From the NCBI GenBank assembly GCA_963804645.1, contig CAWDRG010000009.1, positions 1-64,000 on the forward strand: a DNA stretch of 64,000 nt, read 5' to 3'. The notes beneath the pieces are model-generated. The model was not told the DNA's origin. It saw only the letters and a list, made by a program, of their open reading frames with translations, and searched no databases. Positions 36,987 through 46,701 of the stretch are shown here, in pieces. How positions within the stretch are numbered: the first letter of the stretch is position 1; every line of letters starts with the position of its first letter. Source of the DNA: an uncultured Bacillota bacterium (GTDB lineage: Bacteria > Sysuimicrobiota > Sysuimicrobiia > Sysuimicrobiales > Segetimicrobiaceae). Position numbers and translations under genes: made by a program.

Positions 36987-37967
36987 CTAGGCCTCTCGCG
37001 CCGCGGCGATGGCCGCGCGAATGTTCGCCTCGGGCGTATCCACCGGCATGACGCAGCCCGTCGTCACGATGTGGCCGCGGCCCCCGGTGTCGGCGATCGC
37101 GCTCCGCACTTCTTGGGCCACGGCCTCCGGGCCGGCCTTGGCCAGCGTGTTCCACGCGTTGATCCCACACGCCAGGCACGTGGACACGCGCGCCCGGGCG
37201 TCGGCAATCGTCGGCGGGGTCTCCCGGGCATGCCAGTTGAGGATCTGGATCGGATAGTTGCTCACCAGATCGAACATCACGTGCTCGCCGTGGAGGTGCA
37301 GGAACACGAGACCCCCGTCCACCGCGTCCAGGATCCGCAGGTCGTAGGGACGCCCGAACTCTTCGTACTCCTCCTCGGTCAACAGCGAGGTCGTCGCCAT
37401 CTGGGTCGAGAAAAAGATGCCGTCGGCGCCCGCCGCCATGACCGCCCGCACGAACTCCGCGGTCGCATCCGCGATGATCTCGAGGCCGTTGTGCAGCGCC
37501 TCGGGATCCTCCCGCAGATACCGCACGGTCGCGTGCTCCCCGGCGAGCGTGCGCGCCACGCTGAGGGGGCTGAACACGGTTTCGAACACCGGCACCTCGC
37601 GGCCGACCGCCTCGGCGACGAGCCGGAGCGCATGCACCTCCCGCCCGTGCGCGCCCTGGCTCACGTCGAGGACCTTGAGCCGCTCCCAATCCGAGGGCTT
37701 CTTAATCGGCCGCTCGCCGTACGTGCGGACGCCCTCGCGGTTCGGCTTGTATCCCGCGCGCAGCCCCCAGTCGTCTCCGTAGTAGCCGCTCGCGGGGGTC
37801 ACCTTGAGCAGGTCCGGATCGTAGGCGCGGTAGAAGGCGATGTGCGCCTGCGCGAGCTTCTCGGCGCGCTGATCGTCCTCGGGAAAGTGGCGCCACAGCG
37901 CGACCGGCACGAGGTCCGGCCGTTCTCCCCGCACGGCGGCGTCGATCCGTTCACGGTGCGTCATCAT
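36987..37967 (-). CDS. Uroporphyrinogen decarboxylase-family protein (non-HemE type)
   Basis: ERI.AA..GE.PD.VPV, AGADGIF, LHLHG, TGCVMP. Confidence 0.85.
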   Translation of the reverse strand: MMTHRERIDAAVRGERPDLVPVALWRHFPEDDQRAEKLAQAHIAFYRAYDPDLLKVTPASGYYGDDWGLRAGYKPNREGVRTYGERPIKKPSDWERLKVLDVSQGAHGREVHALRLVAEAVGREVPVFETVFSPLSVARTLAGEHATVRYLREDPEALHNGLEIIADATAEFVRAVMAAGADGIFFSTQMATTSLLTEEEYEEFGRPYDLRILDAVDGGLVFLHLHGEHVMFDLVSNYPIQILNWHARETPPTIADARARVSTCLACGINAWNTLAKAGPEAVAQEVRSAIADTGGRGHIVTTGCVMPVDTPEANIRAAIAAAREA

Positions 37968-39019
37968 TCAGCCTCCTTTTGGTCCTCGCCGCGGAGCATC
38001 GCGGCGACGGCCTGGACGCGCGCGGCATCGGCGTAGATCTCGTGCAGGGTCTCCAGGGTGATGTTGCCGCCGCTCAGGACGAGCACGACGGTCTTCCCCC
38101 GCAACTGCCCGCCGAGACGCAGCGCGGCCGCGGTGCTGGCCGCGCCCGCACCTTCCGCGGTCTGCCGCACCACTTCCGCCAGCATCAGGATCGCGCGCCG
38201 GATTTCCTCGTCGGTCACCAGCACGATCTCGTCAAGAGCACGGCGCAGGATCGTCATCGGCAGGGCAAACGGCACGCGGGTGGCGATGCCCTCGGCGAAC
38301 GTCGCCATGCGCTCCAGGCTCACCATCCGGCCCTCGCGCAGCGAGCGCTCGACCGGATTCGCCCCCTCGGCCTGGACCCCGATCACACGTGCGCGCGGGC
38401 TCAGCGCCTTCGCCACGATGCAGTGACCGCACGCGCCGCTGCCGGCGCCGATCGGCACGATGATCACGTCCACCTCGGGCAGGTCCTCGAGCACCTCGAG
38501 GCTGGCCGTGCCGACCCCGGCGATCAGGAGCGGCTCGTTGGCCGAGTGCACGTACCGAAGTCCTTCCGTCCGGGCCGTCCGCTCGGCCCACACGCGCGCC
38601 TCGTCGAAATCCCGCCCTTCGAGCACCACCTCCGCGCCGAGCGCGCGCATGGCGGCGACCTTCAGCGGATTGTTGCCCCGCGGCGCGACGATCGTCGCGC
38701 GCACGCCGAACGCCCGGGCCGCGTACGCGATCGACTGGCCGTGGTTACCCGTGCTCGCGGTGATCACCCCGCGGCGCCGCTCGTCCGCCGACAGCCCGTG
38801 GACGAGATTCAGGCCCCCGCGGATCTTAAACGCCCCGGTCGGCAGCACATTCTCGCATTTGACGTACACCCGCGCGCCGAGCACCCGGTCGAGCGCGGGC
38901 GCGTGCACGAGGGGCGTGCGCGGCAGGTGGGCGGCGATCACGCGCCGGGCCGTGAGGACGTCGTGAACCGTCGGCAGCGGTCCGGCCCAGGCCTCGTCGA
39001 GCCCCATCGATGTACTCAT
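37964..39019 (-). CDS. PLP-dependent threonine/serine dehydratase family protein
   Basis: KCEN..PTGAFKIRG, ASTGNHG, PIGAGSG, LSGGN. Confidence 0.92.
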   Translation of the reverse strand: MSTSMGLDEAWAGPLPTVHDVLTARRVIAAHLPRTPLVHAPALDRVLGARVYVKCENVLPTGAFKIRGGLNLVHGLSADERRRGVITASTGNHGQSIAYAARAFGVRATIVAPRGNNPLKVAAMRALGAEVVLEGRDFDEARVWAERTARTEGLRYVHSANEPLLIAGVGTASLEVLEDLPEVDVIIVPIGAGSGACGHCIVAKALSPRARVIGVQAEGANPVERSLREGRMVSLERMATFAEGIATRVPFALPMTILRRALDEIVLVTDEEIRRAILMLAEVVRQTAEGAGAASTAAALRLGGQLRGKTVVLVLSGGNITLETLHEIYADAARVQAVAAMLRGEDQKEAE

Positions 39020-39068
39020 GCGGCGCGTCTGCCTGGTTTCGGCGTGCGCGTCCCGGTCTCCCGCACGG

Positions 39069-40343
39069 TCAGCCGCCCCCGGGCAGGAACTGTGAGACGA
39101 CGAGGGCGAGCGTGAGCGCGATCATCACGATCGTCGCGGTCCACGCGATGATGTTGAACGTGCGGGAGTTCGTGTAGGCGCCCATCAGCTTCTTCTGGTT
39201 CACGAGCAGCAGCATAAAGACGAGGATGAACGGCAGCAGAATGCCGTTGGCGACCTGCGACAGAAACAGGATCTGCAGGAGCGGGGCCCTGGGCAGCAGC
39301 ACGACCGCGCACGCGATCACGATCAGCCCGATGTAGAGCCCGTAGAACACCGGCGCCTGGCGGATGCTCCGGTCGATTCCCGCCTCGTACCCGAGCGCCT
39401 CGCAGACGTAGTGCGAGGTGGCGAGCGGGAGTACCGAAGCCGAGAACAGCGAGGCGTTGATCAGCCCGAGCGCGAACAGCGCCGACGCGTACACCCCGGC
39501 CAGCGGCCGCAGGGCCAGCGCGGCGTCCTGGACCGTCTCCACGTGGATGTGGTGGGCGAAGATCGTCGCGCCGCATGCCACGATGATGAACCACGCGACG
39601 ACGTCGGTCATGATCGACCCGATGAGCACGTCGGTCCGGGTGTAGCCGTACTCGCGCGTCGTAATCCCCTTTTCCACCACGGCCGACTGCAGGTAGAACT
39701 GCATCCACGGCGCGATGGTTGTCCCGATCACGCCCACGAACATCAGGAGGTAGGCGGACTGGAAGCTGAAGCTCGGTGTCACCGTCGCGCGCAGCACCTC
39801 ACCCCAGTTCGGATGCGCGAGGACGCCGGACACGATGTACGCGATGTAGAATGCGCTCGCGATGAGAAACACCTTCTCGACCGACCGAAACGTGCCTTTG
39901 ACGACCAGCAGCCACACGGCGAGCGCCCCGATCGGGACGAGGATGTACTTCGAGACGCCGAAGATCTCGCCCCCGGCCGCGAGCCCCGAGAACTCCGCCA
40001 TCGTGTTCCCCAGGTCGGCGAGCAGCAGGCCGAGCATCGCCCACGCCATCGCGCGTACGCCGAACCGCTCGCGGATCAGGTCGGCCAGGCCGTTGCCGGT
40101 GACGGCCCCTAACCGCGAGGCCATCTCCTGGATCACGTACAGCGCGATGGTGATCGGAATCATCGTCCACAGCAGCGTGTAGCCGAAGCCGGCGCCCGCG
40201 AGCGAATAGGTGGTGATCCCGCCGGCGTCGTTGTCCACGTTCTGCGTGACGATGCCCGGCCCCATCACCGCGAGAAAGATCATCAGGCGGCTCATGGCGG
40301 CGCCGCGCGTCGCGCGCCGCAGGACCGGCAGCGTGAGCTTCAT
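39069..40343 (-). CDS. NRAMP-related divalent cation (probably Mg2+) transporter
   Basis: MGPG...DNDAGG and GTTIAPWM motifs, ~11 TMs. Confidence 0.9.
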   Translation of the reverse strand: MKLTLPVLRRATRGAAMSRLMIFLAVMGPGIVTQNVDNDAGGITTYSLAGAGFGYTLLWTMIPITIALYVIQEMASRLGAVTGNGLADLIRERFGVRAMAWAMLGLLLADLGNTMAEFSGLAAGGEIFGVSKYILVPIGALAVWLLVVKGTFRSVEKVFLIASAFYIAYIVSGVLAHPNWGEVLRATVTPSFSFQSAYLLMFVGVIGTTIAPWMQFYLQSAVVEKGITTREYGYTRTDVLIGSIMTDVVAWFIIVACGATIFAHHIHVETVQDAALALRPLAGVYASALFALGLINASLFSASVLPLATSHYVCEALGYEAGIDRSIRQAPVFYGLYIGLIVIACAVVLLPRAPLLQILFLSQVANGILLPFILVFMLLLVNQKKLMGAYTNSRTFNIIAWTATIVMIALTLALVVSQFLPGGG

Positions 40344-41641
40344 CCGCGCCCCGGCGTGCCCCGGGCCTCCCGCCGGCGGAGCAGATCCACGGCGCCGCCG
40401 AGCTTCCGCGGGCCGTAGTGCTCCACCAGAATGTCGATCACCTGATCCACGGTGACGATCCCAGCCAGCCGCCCGTCGTCGTCCACCACCGGCACCGCGA
40501 GGAGATCGTACTTCACGAGGGCCGCCGCGACGTCGTCCGCGCTCGTGTCGAGGGGGACGGTCAGCACGTCCCGGCGCATCAGCGCGGCAACCGGCGTGCC
40601 GGGCTGGGCCACGATCAACCGGCGGATCGACAGCACGCCGACGAGGCGGCCGGCCTCGTCGACGACGTACAGATAGTAGATCGTCTCCTCGTCGGGCTGG
40701 GTCTCGCGGAGCCGCGCCAGCACCTGCTCGACCGTCATCGTCTCCGGAAGCGCGATGTACTCCGTGGTCATCTTGCCGGCGGCGGTCTCGGGCGGATACT
40801 GGAGGAGCCGGCTGACCTCCTCCGCCTTGTCGTCCTCCATCAGCGAGATGAGCTCCTCGGCCCGCTCCTCCGACAGTTCGCCGAGCGCGTCGGCCGCCTC
40901 GTCGGGCGCCATCTCGTCGAGGATGTCGGACGCCCGCTCGCTCGGCAGCTCCTGCAGGACCGCCGTCTGGATCTCCGGCTCCGCTTCCTCGAGCACATCC
41001 GCGGCCCGCTCGTCGGGCAGCGCGGTCATCATCTCGACCCGCTCGTCCCGGGCGAGCTCCTCGAGCAGGTCGGCGAGGTCGGCGGGGTGGATATCCTTCA
41101 GCTTCTCCCGCGAGATGCTGAGCTTGAGCGGCGTCATCGTGCCGCCGAGGACCGCGACCAGATTCCACGGAATGATGCGCGACGCCAGTGGACGCCCGAT
41201 CCCTGCGAGGGCGCGGACCACCAGGGGCTCGAGCCCCAGCCGGCGGAGGATCGCCTGCGTGCTGATGTCGGCGCCGGCGACCCGCACCTCCGTGCCGGCC
41301 TGCCGCAGCTCGATGTCGTTCACGCGCACGACCTTGATGTCGTCGGTATCCACGACCTGGCCGTCCAGGACGTCGTCGCGCAGGAGGATCTCCTCCGGCT
41401 GCAGCGGCCGCGGCGTCAGGAGGCGGCGCTCGACCCGGAGCCGGATACCGGAGGCGCCGAACTCGGCGACCTCGTCCCACGGGATGATCGCGACGCGGCT
41501 GCGGTCGCCTTTGAGGAGCACCCCGGTGATCCGCGGAAACCGCTCGGTCCCGTGGTAAATGACCAGATCCGCCACGGTGTCGAACGCCTCGCCGGCGGCG
41601 TCGGTCACAGGCTTCCCGATCACCTGACTGAGGTACAGCAT
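40340..41641 (-). CDS. Soluble MgtE N-terminal/CBS-pair protein with PRC-barrel-like repeats
   Basis: IHPADLADLLEEL, MAPDEAAD, TAAGKMTTEY, CBS pair; no MgtE TM domain. Confidence 0.9.
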   Translation of the reverse strand: MLYLSQVIGKPVTDAAGEAFDTVADLVIYHGTERFPRITGVLLKGDRSRVAIIPWDEVAEFGASGIRLRVERRLLTPRPLQPEEILLRDDVLDGQVVDTDDIKVVRVNDIELRQAGTEVRVAGADISTQAILRRLGLEPLVVRALAGIGRPLASRIIPWNLVAVLGGTMTPLKLSISREKLKDIHPADLADLLEELARDERVEMMTALPDERAADVLEEAEPEIQTAVLQELPSERASDILDEMAPDEAADALGELSEERAEELISLMEDDKAEEVSRLLQYPPETAAGKMTTEYIALPETMTVEQVLARLRETQPDEETIYYLYVVDEAGRLVGVLSIRRLIVAQPGTPVAALMRRDVLTVPLDTSADDVAAALVKYDLLAVPVVDDDGRLAGIVTVDQVIDILVEHYGPRKLGGAVDLLRRREARGTPGRG

Positions 41642-42123
41642 CACCGGGCCCCCGCCGTCCATTTCATCCGGTACATGTACGTGGTGAACCCGTGGCGTTC
41701 CCAGAACCGAACGGCCTCGGGGTTGCGGACCGCGACCGTCAGCTCGATGAACGTGACCCGGCGCTGGCGGAACCACGCGAGCAGCGCCTCCACCACCCGC
41801 CCGCCGATCTGCTCGCGGCGCCGCTCCGGCACGGTGAACACATCCTGGATCCATCCCCGGCGCGGCTCACGAAATGGGAGCGGCAGCACATGGATGCGCC
41901 CGAGCGCGTAGCCGATCGCGCGGTCGCCGTCGAGGCCCAGCATCACGCAGGCGTTGGGATCTCCGATCGTGTCCCGCAGAAACGACGCGTACTCGCGGAC
42001 CGCGTTCCGCTCGACCGACAGGGCGGGATCGAGCGCCCCGTGGTGCTCGGCGAGCGCCTCCCACAGGGGCAGAATCCGCGGAATGTCGCGCGCCGTCGCG
42101 GGCCTGACCTGGACATCGGACAT
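41641..42123 (-). CDS. GNAT N-acetyltransferase
   Basis: VRPAT..D, DVFTVPERRREQIG, N..AVRFW...GF. Confidence 0.88.
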   Translation of the reverse strand: MSDVQVRPATARDIPRILPLWEALAEHHGALDPALSVERNAVREYASFLRDTIGDPNACVMLGLDGDRAIGYALGRIHVLPLPFREPRRGWIQDVFTVPERRREQIGGRVVEALLAWFRQRRVTFIELTVAVRNPEAVRFWERHGFTTYMYRMKWTAGAR

Positions 42124-42229
42124 GGGTGTGCCGCTCGCGCGTTACATTTCCGCCCGACCGAGCGCGCTCCTGCCGCCTCCGGGCGCGTGCTCGGGGCTCA
42201 GGAGACGGCGGTGCGGCGCGGCCGGCCCC

Positions 42230-42868
42230 TCAAGGGCGATCGCGGGTCACGGCGTAGGTGGCCAGCTCGACGCGGTTCCGAAGGTGGAGCTTCGCCAGGA
42301 TGTTCTGCAGATGGCGCTTGACGGTACCCTCGACGATCCCGAGGCGCGCCGCGATCTCTTTGTTCGCCAAGCCGCGGGCCACGAGCCCGAGAATCTCCTC
42401 TTCGCGGGACGTCAGGGTCGGCAGGGCGCCGCGCGGCGCCGCGCCGGGCCGCACGAATTCCCCCAAGATTCGGTCCGCGATCGCCCGGGAGATCCGGGTG
42501 TCGCCCTGGACGAGCGCCCCGAGGTACTCCAGCCAAATGTTGGGTTCCACGTTCTTGATGAGATAGCCCTGCGCTCCGGATCGGATCGCTTCGAAAAGAT
42601 CCTGGGGATCGTCGGAGACGCTGACCACGACGACGATCGCCGCGGGAAGCTCTTCCTTAATCAGCCGGATCGCCTCGAGTCCGCCGAGGCCGGGCATGCG
42701 AAGGTCCATCAGCACCAGGTCCGGCGCGAGCATGCGTGCGCCGGCGAGACCCTCTTCCCCGTCGGTCGCCTCGCCGACGACCTCAAACTGCGGCGAGGCC
42801 CCGAGAATGGCGCGAATGCCGCGGCGTGCCAGCTCGCTGTCGTCGACGATCAGCGTGCGGGTCGTCAC
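42230..42868 (-). CDS. NarL/LuxR-family response regulator
   Basis: LIVDD, DLVLMDLRMP, GYLIK, LTSREEEIL..NKEIA..TVK.H. Confidence 0.93.
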   Translation of the reverse strand: MTTRTLIVDDSELARRGIRAILGASPQFEVVGEATDGEEGLAGARMLAPDLVLMDLRMPGLGGLEAIRLIKEELPAAIVVVVSVSDDPQDLFEAIRSGAQGYLIKNVEPNIWLEYLGALVQGDTRISRAIADRILGEFVRPGAAPRGALPTLTSREEEILGLVARGLANKEIAARLGIVEGTVKRHLQNILAKLHLRNRVELATYAVTRDRP

Positions 42869-43758
42869 GCGTGGTCCCCGTTCGCGTAGGGAAGCCGGAA
42901 CGAGACCACGGTCCCGCCGAGCCCGGCGGGCGCCACGCTGACGCTGCCGCCGGCGGCGCGCGCGTGCTCTCGGAGCGCGGCGAGGCCGTACCGTCCCTGC
43001 GCCAACCCAGGAATCGGATCGGGCACGCCCCGGCCGTCGTCGACCACGGCGACCGTGAGGTGCGTCACCCCCCACTCGAGGCCGACCGCGATCGTCTTGG
43101 CGCCGGCGTGCTTCGCGACGTTGTGGAGGGCCTCGCGGGTCATCGCCATGGCATGCAGCGCGTGCGCGAGAGGCAGCTCCGTCTCGGCGCCGGTCTCGTC
43201 CACCGCGCCCACCAGCCCGTGGATCTCTCCAAACCGCTTGACGTAGCCTCGCACCCAGGCCCCAAAAGGCTGCCCGGGCTCTGGCCCGGTGCGCAGATCG
43301 AAGATCGCATCGCGCACGCGCCCCGAGGTCTCCTCGAGCGCCTGCGTGATCTCCCGGGCGGCGGCCCGGGTCGTCTCCAGATCCAGCGCGTCCAGCGCGC
43401 TGTCGAGCGCCCTCGCCTTGACCCCGAGGAAGAACAGTGCCTGGGAGATGCCGTCGTGCAGCTCCCGCGCCAACCGCTCGCGCTCGTCGGACACGGCGCG
43501 CTCCACCTCGGCGGCATGCAGCTGGTCGTCCGCGGCCTCCAGGCGTCGGTAAATCGGGATGAGGATCAGCGCAGCGGTGCTGAACGCGATGGCGCCGGTC
43601 ATCACATTGCCCCACATCTCCGGGACCACATCGTGCAGCACCTCGTGGCGGAGGTATTCCACCCCAAACACTACCACCGCCGGGAGCAGCACGGTCGCCA
43701 CCCGGAAGACGCCGTGCCAGCCGCGCCAGATGTGAGGCGTCGACCCCGAGCGTTCCAT
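42865..43758 (-). CDS. HisKA_3-type intramembrane sensor histidine kinase
   Basis: 2 TMs, ERERLARELHD, EALHNVAKHA, DDGRG, GL. Confidence 0.92.
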   Translation of the reverse strand: MERSGSTPHIWRGWHGVFRVATVLLPAVVVFGVEYLRHEVLHDVVPEMWGNVMTGAIAFSTAALILIPIYRRLEAADDQLHAAEVERAVSDERERLARELHDGISQALFFLGVKARALDSALDALDLETTRAAAREITQALEETSGRVRDAIFDLRTGPEPGQPFGAWVRGYVKRFGEIHGLVGAVDETGAETELPLAHALHAMAMTREALHNVAKHAGAKTIAVGLEWGVTHLTVAVVDDGRGVPDPIPGLAQGRYGLAALREHARAAGGSVSVAPAGLGGTVVSFRLPYANGDHA

Positions 43759-43782
43759 GGCTCCATTATATAAGCGGCGGCC

Positions 43783-43809
43783 GTCCCGCGGCGGACGCCG
43801 CCGCGGGAC
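43783..43809. terminator. Perfect 12-bp hairpin
   Basis: GTCCCGCGGCGG-ACG-CCGCCGCGGGAC, between the secreted-protein gene and the kinase gene. Confidence 0.5.
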
Positions 43810-43835
43810 AACCGGGCCAGCCGCGCCGCGACTGG

Positions 43836-44297
43836 CTAGCCGACGACCGTGCAGGTGACGGTGTGTACCGGTCCCACCGTATTGTGTGTCTTGTTGTCGG
43901 CCCAAAACACTTTGATGGTATGCGGCCCGGACGACAGATGGCCGAACGTGTACCGGTAGCGATCCTGCCCCGCGCTGACGAGCTGGCTGGCCGCGGGCAT
44001 GAGCACGTGGCCGTCGACCACGATGTGCAGATGCACGCTCGGTCCCGCGCCGCTCATACTTCCCATACTATTCATGCTCGCGCCCATGGTGAGCTGCGCC
44101 ATGTCCCCGGTTGTCTCGAGCACGACCGACACAGGATTCCTGACCTGCGACTGAGGGGTCGGGCTGACGATCGACAGAGGCGGCGGACCCGCCATCGCGC
44201 TCGACATCGAGGCCGCGGACGTCCGATCAACGCCGCCGCCCGCCCACAGGACGGCCAGCGCCAGCGCGCAGACCCCTGCCAAACTCCGCATCCCCAT
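43836..44297 (-). CDS. Secreted Met/His-rich Ig-like protein (DUF4399-like)
   Basis: Signal peptide, Met-rich loop, HLHIVVDG, GPHTI.V..AD..H. Confidence 0.75.
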   Translation of the reverse strand: MGMRSLAGVCALALAVLWAGGGVDRTSAASMSSAMAGPPPLSIVSPTPQSQVRNPVSVVLETTGDMAQLTMGASMNSMGSMSGAGPSVHLHIVVDGHVLMPAASQLVSAGQDRYRYTFGHLSSGPHTIKVFWADNKTHNTVGPVHTVTCTVVG

Positions 44298-44512
44298 GCC
44301 GCCACCTCCTCGCCCGCGCCCGGGCCGCCCCCACACGGCGCGCGCCTGGCGACCACGATACCATCCCGTGCGTCACCGCGGCAATGTACCGAAAGTAGTA
44401 CAGACAGCCCGGACGGTCCTCCGTATGATGGCCGAAGACGGCGGCGGCAGTCCGGCCGCGGCAGGGCTGCGGGCAGACCGGTGCGTACACGCTTGCTCAA
44501 TGGAGCCGGGAA

Positions 44513-45637
44513 ATGAACAGACGCACGTTCCTGGAACGGGCCGGGCTGGTGCTCGGCGGATTGGTACTCGGCTCGGTACCGCGCGCGAGCGCCGCAGCGG
44601 CGTCAGAGAAGATCTCGGTGGTCGACGCGGCCGGACGGACCGTCAGCGTCACCATCCCGGTCCAGCGAGTGGTGCTGATGTTTGACTATGAGGAGTTCAT
44701 CGCCGTGGGCGGGTCCCACGCGTTCGACCGGGTCGTCGGCTACTCGAAGACGGTCTGGTACGATTGGCGCCGCTCGATTTGGGAACGATACGCCGCGGTC
44801 ATCCCCAACCTCGCGCAGCTCCCGGACGTCGGCTACACCGACGACTCCACGTTCAGCGCCGAGAAGGTGATCGCGCTGCGGCCGGACGTGTTCATCACAC
44901 CGCGCTGGGAGTTCACGTCGATGCAGCAGGGGGCGTCGCAGATCGCCGCCGCCGGGATTCCGATCGTGGTCATCGACTACAACGCCCAGCAAGTCCCGAC
45001 CCACGTCGCCAGCACGCTCGTGATGGGCCAACTCTTGGGGATGGACGCGCGCGCGCGCCAACTCGCAGCCCTCTACGGCGCCAAGGTCGCGGACGTGCAG
45101 GCGCGCGTCGCCCGCGCCACCACGCCGCGCCCCAAGGTGTACGTCGAGCTGGGCCAGGGCGGCCCGTCGGTCTACGGCAACTCGTACAGCGACGACCTGT
45201 GGGGCCCGCTGATCGAGACGTCGGGGGGGATCAACATCGCGAAGGGCAAGGTGAACGACTCCCCGCTGAGCCCGGAGTACATCCTGGCCTCGAACCCCGA
45301 CTATATCTTTATCACGGGCTCGACGTGGCCCAACTCCCCGCAAGCCGTCGAAATGGGGTTCGGCGTCGCACCGGCGCTGACGAACGCCCGGCTCAAGGCC
45401 TACCTCGCCCGCCCCGGGTGGAGCGGCCTGTCGGCGGTCAAGAACGGCCGCGTCTACGCGATCCACCACGGCATCGCCCGGACGCTCTTCGACTACTCGG
45501 GCATGCAGTTCTTCGCGAAGGCGATGTACCCGGCGCAGTTCACCGACATCGACCCGGAGGCGTCGCTGCGCGACTACTTCAGCACGTGGCTCCCCGTGCG
45601 GTACGACGGCACCTGGATGCTGCAGCTCCAGCGATGA
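44513..45637 (+). CDS. Tat-exported iron-complex/cobalamin ABC substrate-binding protein
   Basis: NRRTFL signal, DAAGRTV, EKVIALRPD, AVKNGRVY. Confidence 0.9.
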   Translation: MNRRTFLERAGLVLGGLVLGSVPRASAAAASEKISVVDAAGRTVSVTIPVQRVVLMFDYEEFIAVGGSHAFDRVVGYSKTVWYDWRRSIWERYAAVIPNLAQLPDVGYTDDSTFSAEKVIALRPDVFITPRWEFTSMQQGASQIAAAGIPIVVIDYNAQQVPTHVASTLVMGQLLGMDARARQLAALYGAKVADVQARVARATTPRPKVYVELGQGGPSVYGNSYSDDLWGPLIETSGGINIAKGKVNDSPLSPEYILASNPDYIFITGSTWPNSPQAVEMGFGVAPALTNARLKAYLARPGWSGLSAVKNGRVYAIHHGIARTLFDYSGMQFFAKAMYPAQFTDIDPEASLRDYFSTWLPVRYDGTWMLQLQR

Positions 45638-46701
45638 TTGCGGACGCCGGGGAGGCGGCCGCGCCAACCGAACACTACCTCAGGACCTACCGGACCGCGG
45701 CGGCGCGGCGTATCGCGATCATCACCGCGGCCCTCGCCGTCTTGGCCGTCACGTTCACCCTCGACGTCCTCACCGGACCGGCGGAGCTCAGCCTCCGGCA
45801 GGTCGTCTCCGCGATCACCTCCCCGGCGGCCGCCGCTCCGACCACGCACGTCATCGTGTGGACGCTCCGTCTGCCGATGGCGCTCATGGCGCTCGTCGTC
45901 GGGATTGCGCTCGGCGCGGCAGGGGCCGAGGTACAGACGATCCTCGACAATCCGATCGCCGATCCCTACACCTTGGGGCTCTCGGCCTCGGCCGGCCTCG
46001 GCGCCGCCGCGACCATCCTCTTCGGCGCGTCGCTGCCGATCGACCCGGCCTATTCGTCGACGGTCGCGGCGTTCTGCTGCAGCCTCGTCGCGGCGTTCGT
46101 CATCATGGCCGTCGCCCGGCGCCAGGCGACGGTCGAGACGATGGTCCTGACCGGCATCGCCCTGCTGTTCCTGGCGCAGGCGTTCTTGTCGCTGCTCGAG
46201 TACCTCGCGTCGCCGGAAGCGCTGCAGACGATCGTGTTCTGGCTGTTCGGCAGCCTGGCGCGGGCGGACTGGAGCAAGGTCGCGGTCGTGGCGGCCGTGC
46301 TCGCGCTGCTCCTGCCGGTCCTCTCCAGGGACGCGTGGCGCTTGACCGCGCTCCGGCTGGGGGAAGAGCGTGCCAGGAGCCTCGGCGTCAACGTCTCCGC
46401 GCTTCGGCTGCGCGTCTTCACCATCATCGCCCTGCTGACCGCCGTGGCCGTCAGTTTCGTCGGCACCATCGGATTTGTGGGCCTCGTCGCCCCTCACGTC
46501 GCGCGCATGTTGGTGGGCGAGGATCAGCGCTACCTGCTCCCGATGTCCGCGATCTGCGGGGCGCTCTTCCTCTCCGCGGCGTCGGTGGTGGCGAAGATGG
46601 TGGTGCCCGGCGCGCTCTTCCCCATCGGAATCGTAACGTCGTTGATCGGGGTCCCGTTCTTCTTCGCCCTCATTCTCCGGACCCGCCGCGGCTACTGGTG
46701 A
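45634..46701 (+). CDS. FecCD/BtuC-family ABC permease
   Basis: LRLP, NPIADPYTLG, GTIGFVGLVAPH. Confidence 0.93.
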   Translation: MIADAGEAAAPTEHYLRTYRTAAARRIAIITAALAVLAVTFTLDVLTGPAELSLRQVVSAITSPAAAAPTTHVIVWTLRLPMALMALVVGIALGAAGAEVQTILDNPIADPYTLGLSASAGLGAAATILFGASLPIDPAYSSTVAAFCCSLVAAFVIMAVARRQATVETMVLTGIALLFLAQAFLSLLEYLASPEALQTIVFWLFGSLARADWSKVAVVAAVLALLLPVLSRDAWRLTALRLGEERARSLGVNVSALRLRVFTIIALLTAVAVSFVGTIGFVGLVAPHVARMLVGEDQRYLLPMSAICGALFLSAASVVAKMVVPGALFPIGIVTSLIGVPFFFALILRTRRGYW

